From a phage, in the NCBI GenBank assembly GCA_032986305.1, contig GCA_032986305.1_3672.1: a DNA stretch of 64,000 nucleotides; one strand, written 5' to 3'. The translations under genes were made by a program, and so were the position numbers. The notes beneath the pieces are model-generated. The model made no database searches, was not told where the DNA came from, and saw only the letters and a program-made list of their open reading frames with translations. Positions 47,404 to 55,379 of the stretch are shown here, in pieces; the stretch's first letter is position 1; each line of letters begins with the position of its first letter.

Positions 47404-47653
47404 CACTATTTTTTAAATTATTGTGGCGCAAAATGTTTAAAATCTCTTCAACGTCATCAACACGGCGGCAATTTTTAAACGCTACCAATTGCCCCATGAT
47501 TTTAATCACTGGGCGGCCTTGCCAGTGCCCTTGGAGAAAGCGCGCCTTGACTTTATCGGTGGAACTATCACGCCACCAAATAGCCTTGTTGTTGCAGTAG
47601 TAAAAATTATTCAGGATAACATCAACTTTATCAAAATTTTTTAATTTACGCAT
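47393..47653 (-). CDS. hypothetical protein
   Basis: 86 aa ORF. Confidence 0.4.
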   Translation of the reverse strand: MRKLKNFDKVDVILNNFYYCNNKAIWWRDSSTDKVKARFLQGHWQGRPVIKIMGQLVAFKNCRRVDDVEEILNILRHNNLKNSVDK

Positions 47654-47871
47654 GGCGTTTACTCCTTCCTCTCTTTGATGTGGTTAGTATAGCTAACCTG
47701 TTGACGATGTCAATGATATTTTTAACGCCATAAAACGGCCCTGGGCGATGTTTTCAGGTTAAAGGGGGCGATTGCATAGGTGGGGGCCTTTTTGGCGCTT
47801 ACAGGGCCAACCAGGGGCGCTATTCGTATGATAGAAATAAAAAGCCCCGCACAATGGCGGGGCGTTGGTTG

Positions 47872-48069
47872 TTATTTGTCTTTATGGCGGTATCGTTCTG
47901 CCTGTCGTTCACGTTCCAAAAGTAGGCCGGGCAATTTACGATCATAATGATTACGCCAGATCTTCCCAAACCTTTTTGGCTTATTCAGTTTATTGTTACG
48001 CTGGCGGCGTTCTGGCAGCTCTTCGGAATCATGAGGGCGCTTTACAATTTTCTCGAAATTAATTTTCAT
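47872..48069 (-). CDS. hypothetical basic protein
   Basis: 65 aa, Arg/Lys-rich. Confidence 0.35.
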   Translation of the reverse strand: MKINFEKIVKRPHDSEELPERRQRNNKLNKPKRFGKIWRNHYDRKLPGLLLERERQAERYRHKDK

Positions 48070-48413
48070 ATATTCCCCCCCTTGCTAACTTCAATATTGG
48101 CCTGAATAGCTCGGATACGGCGCTTTATAACTTCCTGATCTGTGTGGTCGTATCCCCAAAAGTCTACAATTTTTGCGCCCCCCGCCTCCAGGCGGTATAG
48201 TGTTTCCTGCATTTTGTAAGCCGGGATCGGGCGCGGTGTTACTTGGTCACCTTCTTTATTTTTATACTTTATAATATAATCTTCGTTATCGTTGAATGCC
48301 CAAAATGGATATTCTGCAAGGGCGGTACTTCCTCTTTCCTTTTTATCCTGGATCTTATTTACAATTAAAGCCGTAGCAATAGCGCCAATAATAAAACTAG
48401 CCCCGCTAATCAT
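48066..48413 (-). CDS. hypothetical protein with N-terminal TM helix
   Basis: MISGASFIIGAIATALIV... Confidence 0.4.
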   Translation of the reverse strand: MISGASFIIGAIATALIVNKIQDKKERGSTALAEYPFWAFNDNEDYIIKYKNKEGDQVTPRPIPAYKMQETLYRLEAGGAKIVDFWGYDHTDQEVIKRRIRAIQANIEVSKGGNI

Positions 48414-48489
48414 GTGTACTTTCTCCTTTCATGGTGTTAATAAATTATCTTTATAGATGGCCCTGCAACCAGGACCACCGAAAAAATAA

Positions 48490-48735
48490 CTATTTCACAA
48501 TGCCTACAAAACAGATCCCGCCTTCACCTATGTAAGCAATATCGGTAACTTTATAATTTGTCAAGATCTGTTTATTTAGTTCATTAATAAAATCGGTCAT
48601 TGCGTTGGTGTAGTTGTCTTCCATATCTAAGGCATAATCCCAGGCGTAAACCTTTTTACGTCCGAAGCCTTTTACCATGATACGGGCGCTTTTGGTGTTG
48701 GTGGGCGCATAATATTTTGTGATTAGTGCTGCCAT
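48490..48735 (-). CDS. hypothetical protein
   Basis: 81 aa; RBS GAGGAG; preceded by 45-bp element copy 2. Confidence 0.4.
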   Translation of the reverse strand: MAALITKYYAPTNTKSARIMVKGFGRKKVYAWDYALDMEDNYTNAMTDFINELNKQILTNYKVTDIAYIGEGGICFVGIVK

Positions 48736-48779
48736 GGTTTTAACTCCTCATTAGTTCAGTGTTAACAGTGTAAAGTTTA

Positions 48780-48820
48780 CTTTATTGATGGCCCTGGAGT
48801 CAAGGCCATCTAAAAATAAA
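48780..48820 (-). promoter_or_regulatory. 45-bp repeated promoter/operator element, copy 2
   Basis: Near-identical to 45061..45101. Confidence 0.5.
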
Positions 48821-48822
48821 TT

Positions 48823-49134
48823 TTACTCGTTTTCTTCCAGCTCTGTCTGCAATTCCTGGTATTCTTCATCGTCCTCAATATCCAGGCTGTCGATGTAGTC
48901 GCTAAATCCGCAGCGGTAAGCGATAGGATCTAACTCCTTGAGGATACGCGACGGAAGAAAAGAAATGTTTCCGATCATAATTTCGCCGTAGATCTCGTCT
49001 AGCCATTCGTCATAGTTTTCGTCGTACTTGTCCTCGTCGATTTCAAAGTTATCGATCTTGTTCTCAAGGTCTGCGATCTGTTTTTTCAGCGCGGCGATCT
49101 GCATAGCTTTTTCTGCGGCGGTCATAGTAGTCAT
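48823..49134 (-). CDS. hypothetical acidic protein
   Basis: 103 aa, coiled-coil-like N-terminus. Confidence 0.4.
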   Translation of the reverse strand: MTTMTAAEKAMQIAALKKQIADLENKIDNFEIDEDKYDENYDEWLDEIYGEIMIGNISFLPSRILKELDPIAYRCGFSDYIDSLDIEDDEEYQELQTELEENE

Positions 49135-49370
49135 GGTGTTTTCTCCTTTTGTGTGTTCTGGGAAGTTTTCCCGTTTACGTGTTTAAGTATACCGATTTGG
49201 GTTAGCTTGTCAATTAAAAATTTAAGAAAAATTTTGCAAAACTGTTGGCGCTACTCATTAACATTTGCGCCAGGATGTAACCGACAACGCAAACGATAAT
49301 AGTTACCTTTGTGTATTGGCGTGTAGTGCTCATCTTAAAGCCCCCTTTTCGCTTAGTTGAGACTAGTTTA

Positions 49371-49411
49371 CTTTATTGATGGCCCTGGAGTCAAGGCCAT
49401 CTAAAAATAAA
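49371..49411 (-). promoter_or_regulatory. 45-bp repeated promoter/operator element, copy 3
   Basis: Near-identical to 45061..45101; upstream of a 39-aa membrane ORF. Confidence 0.5.
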
Positions 49412-49412
49412 C

Positions 49413-49817
49413 TTAATAAGTTTTCAGTACTTTACCGTCCAACCTGTCAAGCTGGATCTCAATAGCTGCAGAAAACCTATTGTACACCACGTCGCCCATA
49501 GAATCCAACCAATCTATGACGTTATATACCTGCTCTTTATTCTTACAGGTCCGGATCCGTTTCATGATGTAAGCCGGATCAATATTGGTACTCTCGTTGG
49601 TGTTCCCCTGTACCTGGTTTGCCGTATTAGTTACATCTTTAATGGCCTTTACCACCACCTGGAATGGCTTTAAGGTGCCTTTTGCGTTCATCTCACGCGC
49701 TTTTGCGGCGCGGTTGTTATATGTTACACAACGGCGGCAAATATTGATCAAATGCATGTCAATAATTTTTTCATCGTTTGCCAACTCGTTCATGATGCGG
49801 CGTACGTTCTTATTCAT
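49413..49817 (-). CDS. hypothetical protein
   Basis: 134 aa ORF. Confidence 0.4.
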   Translation of the reverse strand: MNKNVRRIMNELANDEKIIDMHLINICRRCVTYNNRAAKAREMNAKGTLKPFQVVVKAIKDVTNTANQVQGNTNESTNIDPAYIMKRIRTCKNKEQVYNVIDWLDSMGDVVYNRFSAAIEIQLDRLDGKVLKTY

Positions 49818-49899
49818 GGTCTTTTTCCTTTATGTTGGCGGGAAACATTCCCGCCTTTTGTGCCCAGTTTACTTGAATTTTGCAGCGTGTCAACAATTT

Positions 49900-50298
49900 T
49901 TATTCATGGGCGCATGTTACAATGTGCTTTTTATAGCCCAGGCGGTCAGCAAGTGCCGACAAAAACTCTTCTTCGTAGATCCAGCCGTCGGCAGTGATCC
50001 CCATAGTATTTAATGCGCTCTCAAGTGCTGCGTTGGCCTTATCATAACCGTGACCGCTCGCCTTGCCGCCAGTATAGCCGTACTTATTGTTCTTGTTGTC
50101 GTGTATCCAAAAAACGCAGTAGTAAGTGTTCCCGCTGGCGGCGGCATAGTACCGGATCTCCGCTACTTCGTGCAAATTATTATCATCGTCCAGGCCAACC
50201 AGATTATAAGCCTTGTAAAATCCACGATCACGGCGGCAATTTTTAACATCAGAAAAAGAGAAGTCGGCATTGTCAAAATTAAAGGTTGTGGTTTTCAT
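49900..50298 (-). CDS. hypothetical protein
   Basis: 132 aa ORF. Confidence 0.4.
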   Translation of the reverse strand: MKTTTFNFDNADFSFSDVKNCRRDRGFYKAYNLVGLDDDNNLHEVAEIRYYAAASGNTYYCVFWIHDNKNNKYGYTGGKASGHGYDKANAALESALNTMGITADGWIYEEEFLSALADRLGYKKHIVTCAHE

Positions 50299-50362
50299 GA
50301 TTTTATCCTCTCAGTGTCTTTTTTGATTTCAGTATATTTTGTGTCAGGCCATATGTCAATAC

Positions 50363-50560
50363 TTATTTTTTATTAAACCAGTGGTTGATCTGGCCTTTTG
50401 TCAGGGCGCAACGATTAAGTTGGTGCCGTGTATAGCTCTGACCGCGACGGAATTTATAAAGGCCTTGCCCGTTGTTGATGGTTACATCCACCCGGCAAAC
50501 CATTTGATCGGTGACCACCTGGCGAGTGTTGCGACGTACTTTGATTCCGTAGGCGTTCAT
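50363..50560 (-). CDS. hypothetical protein
   Basis: 65 aa ORF. Confidence 0.35.
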   Translation of the reverse strand: MNAYGIKVRRNTRQVVTDQMVCRVDVTINNGQGLYKFRRGQSYTRHQLNRCALTKGQINHWFNKK

Positions 50561-50645
50561 GATTTTTTATCCTCTCTGTTAATTGGTGTGGTGTTGTTCA
50601 CCTTGCGAGGATAAGAATAACAATAACTGTACGAGCTGTCAACCA

Positions 50646-50822
50646 TCAGTTAAAATTATTTTTTGGGTAGAATTCTCCAGCCGCCGCCCCTGCCAGGTTA
50701 ACCATCATTTTTTCGTACTCTTCTTTATGTTCCAACGCTCCCGCCATAGCCTTTTCAACCAGGGCGATAGCCTCAGCGTCATTAATAGCTACATTTTCCA
50801 GGGGGATCATGTTACCTTTCAT
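50646..50822 (-). CDS. hypothetical protein (58 aa)
   Basis: RBS GGAGGT then ATG; MKGNMIPLENVAIND... Confidence 0.35.
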   Translation of the reverse strand: MKGNMIPLENVAINDAEAIALVEKAMAGALEHKEEYEKMMVNLAGAAAGEFYPKNNFN

Positions 50823-50869
50823 TTTTGTACCTCCTCTTCAATTGTTACCTATCCTATAGCATAGGCCCA

Positions 50870-51838
50870 CCAGGTTTGCAAGCCTTCATTCTCTCCTACC
50901 TGGTCAGTTAGGTCCTACCAGGCTGGCCCCGCCAGGTTGCAGCGGTTAGCGCATCAGGTTAGAAAATTTTTTTGAAAAGTGTTGACAGCGGCCCAGCCAG
51001 GTGGCACAATATACCTATCGAAAGGACGGCAGGCACCGGTGACGGGGGAGACAACCACCGGGGATGGGCGCTGCATAAAATGAGAACGGTTATCATTATC
51101 CTTTAAAAATTTATGCAAAAATCCTTGCTTTCTTTGTCCTGTGTGATACTATAATAACAAGCCGGGGCAACAGGGGCCGGGAGACAATCACCGGGCCTGC
51201 CCGTTATTCTGCAAACGAGAATGATTATCATTCAAAATTCTAAATGAGAACTCCTCGCATTTAATAAATTTAATTAGCATGCTAATTACCCTCCGTAACA
51301 ATTTCCTATAAAACAGTATCCCATAAAATATTCCCATACAGAAATTTTAAAAATCCATTTCTGAAAACGAAAAATCGATTTCGTCCCCAAAAATTTCAGG
51401 TCGAGATCCGGAACGATTTCTAGAAAATCCGATTTAGAAAACGAAAAACAGATCGAGTACTGAGAAATTTATCGAGAAAAATTTTCAGAAAATTCAATCT
51501 TTGAAACGAAAAACAGATCGAGTACCTGGAAAGCTGCACTGCAACTTCAAGATAGTGGTTAGATTATTACCATAGAAGGTCAAGGGTAAGTGGAGGAAGT
51601 TCTAGTAGAAGGATGTGAGCATGTGTGGGAAATCTGTAATGGTGGCCTGAAATATGGTGCAAACGATAGGATGAGTGATTCAGCTTGTCGCGCCTACTCT
51701 GAAAAAATCCATTTTAGTTTTCGATCCATTTTCTGATTTTCTAAGGATTTTAAAATATCCGGCCCGGTGAAATATCAAAAGGAGGAAATCCATTTTAGAA
51801 ATCCCCCTTATACTTGATATGCCAGGAATTTTCAAGTA
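50870..51838. other. non-coding repeat-rich region
   Basis: No ORF of 60 aa or more; two paralogous promoter-hairpin units at about 50980-51240; direct repeats AAATCCATTT (x5) and GAAAACGAAAAACAGATCGAGTAC (x2). Confidence 0.5.
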
Positions 51839-52168
51839 TCAGCTGTCTTTGTTTTTAGGTTTGTACATGCGCAGAGGTATGGTCTTTGTAACATTCCATT
51901 TCCTCAACCCTTCCCAGCTCCAGTTGTGGGCGTGATACCCGGTTATGCATGCACTGCTGGCGTGATCATAAGCATAAGAGAACGCTATGTGCACCAGGTG
52001 GGGCCAGTCCTTCCACGGCTGTGGACCGTAAGCCTTTCTCCAACACCGACACAAACTAATTGTCTCAAGAATAGGGAGAATAACAATTCCATATACCACC
52101 ACCAGAATGGTCAGTGCAATGATTGTCAGGAACACATACCCTGCAGTTGAAATGATGATCTCTGTCAT
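51839..52168 (-). CDS. membrane protein
   Basis: N-terminal long hydrophobic helix. Confidence 0.4.
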   Translation of the reverse strand: MTEIIISTAGYVFLTIIALTILVVVYGIVILPILETISLCRCWRKAYGPQPWKDWPHLVHIAFSYAYDHASSACITGYHAHNWSWEGLRKWNVTKTIPLRMYKPKNKDS

Positions 52169-52368
52169 TTGTCGTCCCCTTTCTTACGAATATAGATGTG
52201 AGAGCCTGCCTGTATATAAATTTCTCGACCATCCTCTGCAAAGATATGAAATACACGATCACCTTCGTACTCGATACGAGATATCTTCATAATGGTCTTT
52301 CCACCTGGGGTACGGATCTCGTCCCCCACAGCGATGTTCCATGCAGATTTAAGCTTAAACATCTGCAC
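52165..52368 (-). CDS. hypothetical protein
   Basis: 67 aa, ATGA overlap. Confidence 0.4.
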   Translation of the reverse strand: MQMFKLKSAWNIAVGDEIRTPGGKTIMKISRIEYEGDRVFHIFAEDGREIYIQAGSHIYIRKKGDDK

Positions 52369-52600
52369 CCTCCTTTGGGAACTTGAACTCTGGCATAGCC
52401 ATATACGCTACAACAGGGTTGTGATCAAAGTAGAACTGACCGTTAATTATCCCGGTTTTGTCCACATAGTTACCAGATCCTGCAAGAACAACCTCACAAG
52501 CTCCGAAATCTACATTGCCATCCTCATCAGCCATGGCTACGATATACTTTCCAAGAGGCATGTTTTTAACGCCGTCTACAAATGTCCACCCTTTGCTCAT
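52355..52600 (-). CDS. hypothetical protein
   Basis: 81 aa ORF. Confidence 0.4.
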   Translation of the reverse strand: MSKGWTFVDGVKNMPLGKYIVAMADEDGNVDFGACEVVLAGSGNYVDKTGIINGQFYFDHNPVVAYMAMPEFKFPKEGADV

Positions 52601-52620
52601 ACTTTATCTCCTGCGCTTTC

Positions 52621-52953
52621 TTAAGGTAACCAGTAAACAATCTCGCCTTTCAGCTTCATGTCGTTTCCAACATAAATTTCCCAGCCATCCATCTTAGCAA
52701 CTGTAGGCCCAAAGTCATCCGCACCCCTTACCTCTTTCCAGGCTCCGTAGTCAGGTTGCCAGATATAGAATCCACCTTCTTTGTCCCATGCTCCGTACAC
52801 TACGTTTAACAGGTTTCCCATTGCAACAATGGTGGGCCGTGGGAATAATACATCTACAGATGCGCCACAATTTCGAGTATCTTTTAAGTTGCAATCCCAA
52901 AAGATGTCTGCCAGTGTGGCGGCAATAGCTTTACGTCTTTCCAATGTTACCAT
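52621..52953 (-). CDS. hypothetical protein
   Basis: 110 aa ORF. Confidence 0.4.
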   Translation of the reverse strand: MVTLERRKAIAATLADIFWDCNLKDTRNCGASVDVLFPRPTIVAMGNLLNVVYGAWDKEGGFYIWQPDYGAWKEVRGADDFGPTVAKMDGWEIYVGNDMKLKGEIVYWLP

Positions 52954-52963
52954 GGCACGATAC

Positions 52964-53155
52964 TCACTTGTTGTTAATAAGTTCTAAAACTTTCTGTCTT
53001 ACTTTGTCAAGGTCTGTTGATTCAAAAACTGTGCGATATCCCCAACTTTGCCCATAAGAGTGACTGCAATCCCCGTAGCACCATTGCTCAATTTGATAGT
53101 ATTCAAGGAATGGGTGCTGCCTGACTATGATACCGTCTCGATTAAAAATTACCAT
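52964..53155 (-). CDS. hypothetical protein
   Basis: 63 aa ORF. Confidence 0.35.
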   Translation of the reverse strand: MVIFNRDGIIVRQHPFLEYYQIEQWCYGDCSHSYGQSWGYRTVFESTDLDKVRQKVLELINNK

Positions 53156-53218
53156 AATATATCCCTCTCTGCTAGTTTATGTTTGTACTATACCCCGCAG
53201 TTTTCAGATGTCAACCTC

Positions 53219-53413
53219 TTACAGATTGCTCCAGTACAATCGGCATTTACATTTTGGGCAATGAGGTTCTTTTATGTAATAACCGTCAGTCTTTGGAACA
53301 CTTTTTGGTGCAGTTTTAAGATTGTACCTGGTAAAACATCGGAAGCAGGTTACCTCTCCCACCTGTTGATCGTTGATCCACTCACCAGAGTAAAGCTCTT
53401 TCTTGTTTCTCAT
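53219..53413 (-). CDS. small Cys-rich (zinc-ribbon-like) protein
   Basis: CFRC...CPKCKC; start set at internal ATG with RBS GGGAGAG. Confidence 0.35.
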   Translation of the reverse strand: MRNKKELYSGEWINDQQVGEVTCFRCFTRYNLKTAPKSVPKTDGYYIKEPHCPKCKCRLYWSNL

Positions 53414-53664
53414 AATTCTCTCCCAAATCCTCTGCAATCTTATACCAAAATCTCCAGCCAGAAAGCACACGGGAACACCTTGAGGATTGAATCTTTACTT
53501 GGCTCGGAAGTTCTTTTTCCGTATGGTAGGTAGAAATACCCCCCTGCAGATTCGAATATAGCTCCTTCGGTTGTATCTACCACAGCAAGAATTAAGATTT
53601 TAGTCTCCACAGTGCTCTCCTCTCTTAGTTGTTGTGGAAACTATATCACCTCAGAAGATGGTCG

Positions 53665-54129
53665 TCAACACTTTTTGTACTCTACTACAACCACATCAAT
53701 ATCTGTGGTTGCAAGATTAATTACATCTTCTACATGTTCCCACTTTAGACCGCCAATACCGCATCCAATTTTAGGAATGTAGAACGGCAATGACACACCT
53801 TTGAATACCTCGTTGACTCGCTCAAAACCTTTCATTATTGAGAAGTATTCAGCATTGGGCCCTGGGTAGAACTGGGTATACAGGTTGATTCCATATACGA
53901 CCCTGTTCTTGGCAAAATGCTCCCAACAAGAAAACATACCCAGCTTGTCCAGATTACCATAGGCAGTCTCTTTGTCGGCTGCCAGTGCTTGAGGGAACTC
54001 ACGGGCAATATCTTTCGCTATGCCTGCACCCATTGTATGAAAGCAGTTACAACCGTGGATCAGGTGACCAGCACCGCTCTTAAAAAGGGAGATTAAATCT
54101 CCCGCTACAGTATCAATAATCGCGGTATG
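53665..54129 (-). CDS. macrodomain protein, TARG1/OARD1-like ADP-ribosyl hydrolase (start codon unclear)
   Basis: GDLISLFKSGAGHLIHGCNCFHTMGAGIA...PKIGCGIGGLKWE resembles recalled TARG1/DarG macrodomain; reading frame opens at 54129 without ATG, first ATG is internal (54033). Confidence 0.6.
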   Translation of the reverse strand, partial: HTAIIDTVAGDLISLFKSGAGHLIHGCNCFHTMGAGIAKDIAREFPQALAADKETAYGNLDKLGMFSCWEHFAKNRVVYGINLYTQFYPGPNAEYFSIMKGFERVNEVFKGVSLPFYIPKIGCGIGGLKWEHVEDVINLATTDIDVVVVEYKKC

Positions 54130-54538
54130 TCAGCTCCTCTTCCGCAATTTCAAAAAACTCATCCCAACCTTGTGGCATATTTGAGTTGCCGAAGTGGCTT
54201 TCATAGTAAAGGTTCTCACCACTTGGGAGATAGAAATCTGTTACCTCGTAGAATCCACAATCGTCGCACTCGCCTTCTTCAAACTTGGCCTCAACCTTAA
54301 TACCTAGGAAGGTGAAAAGTTTATGGATATCTTCAGTTTCGAACTCCCAGCAGATATTGTTTTCCGCATCGGTGTAGAACTGGATCAGCAGACCATTATC
54401 CAGTTTACCAAAATATTCTGTGAAGTAACTACCTTCCCAGAAATCTTTATGACAAATAATATCCATGCGCTTGCCCATGATAAAGGTGTGGGCGTTTTGG
54501 GCATCGTCACGAATCAGTTTTGGCATTTCATAGATCAT
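54113..54538 (-). CDS. hypothetical protein
   Basis: 141 aa; 3' end overlaps open frame of macrodomain gene. Confidence 0.4.
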   Translation of the reverse strand: MIYEMPKLIRDDAQNAHTFIMGKRMDIICHKDFWEGSYFTEYFGKLDNGLLIQFYTDAENNICWEFETEDIHKLFTFLGIKVEAKFEEGECDDCGFYEVTDFYLPSGENLYYESHFGNSNMPQGWDEFFEIAEEELTYRDY

Positions 54539-54606
54539 CTTAGTTCTCCGGGTTCAACAGGTGGTGGTGCTACAGGAAGATCATAAAACATAGCTATCAC
54601 AGTCTC

Positions 54607-54804
54607 TTACACAGGAATTGCTTCAAACAGGCCGTTATCTATACCGTCCTTCAGATAGAGATTATATTCTATGTCGGTATCTGTATAAAGGGCAGCATCC
54701 AGCATTCTATCTGTGAGTCCATCCATTGGGTGGAGAAACCACCACCCACGCCAGTCAAAGTAACAGCCTGGTGCATCTTCTCTTACACGGATTCGATAAA
54801 TCAT
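54607..54804 (-). CDS. hypothetical protein
   Basis: 65 aa ORF. Confidence 0.35.
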   Translation of the reverse strand: MIYRIRVREDAPGCYFDWRGWWFLHPMDGLTDRMLDAALYTDTDIEYNLYLKDGIDNGLFEAIPV

Positions 54805-54900
54805 GGGCAGTGGCCTCCTGTTAGTTATACATCCCAGTTTTCTTCGTTCATCACGTCCTCCCGTTCTATGAAGTTATAATTGCACACCTTTCCACCTGTG

Positions 54901-55317
54901 TCAACAGAAAACTTCAACAAACTCTTCCACAGTTTTAATGTCGTGGGAAAAAGGTTTACGGCTATAACGGGCAATAGCACTATCAACCACCGCCCGGTAC
55001 TCCAAATCTTCAGAATATTTCATGAAGCATTGCAGCGTCTCTGGGCAGATAGCTAAATAGCTCCACCACCCTTCTTCAGATTGGTAGTCGAATCCCATAC
55101 TTTCCAACCATGAAGCATATACTCCTGCACCCTCAAGCCAGTGAGTATTTTCATCCAGAAACTTGTTAATAGACATGTGAGCTTCTAAGCATTTATCCAG
55201 CTCTTTTCCGTTAACCAGCCACGCACTGACCGTGGCGCATCCAAGGTCTACAGATTGAGTTGACAGGTTGTATTGGTCATAGTTCTCAGGTTTAACAATG
55301 ATATCTTCTAATGTCAT
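54901..55317 (-). CDS. hypothetical protein
   Basis: 138 aa ORF. Confidence 0.4.
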   Translation of the reverse strand: MTLEDIIVKPENYDQYNLSTQSVDLGCATVSAWLVNGKELDKCLEAHMSINKFLDENTHWLEGAGVYASWLESMGFDYQSEEGWWSYLAICPETLQCFMKYSEDLEYRAVVDSAIARYSRKPFSHDIKTVEEFVEVFC

Positions 55318-55328
55318 TTTTCAGATCT

Positions 55329-55364
55329 CCTTATACAAAAATGCCCCACCCTTTCGGGCAGGGC
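55329..55364 (-). terminator. intrinsic terminator downstream of SSB-like gene
   Basis: Minus strand GCCCUGCCC-gaaa-GGGUGGGGC then AUUUUUGUAUAA. Confidence 0.55.
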
Positions 55365-55379
55365 TATGTTAACTAATTG

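Noticed and set aside
51030-51070. T7-type phage RNA polymerase promoter (contains GGGAGA)
   Set aside because: The three copies of the core have unrelated upstream 17 bp, unlike the conserved -17 to -1 of T7-class promoters; no single-subunit RNA polymerase gene in the window.
50870-51838. Possible CRISPR array given short direct repeats
   Set aside because: Repeats are 10-24 bp, irregularly spaced and of different sequence classes; no uniform repeat-spacer periodicity and no cas genes nearby.
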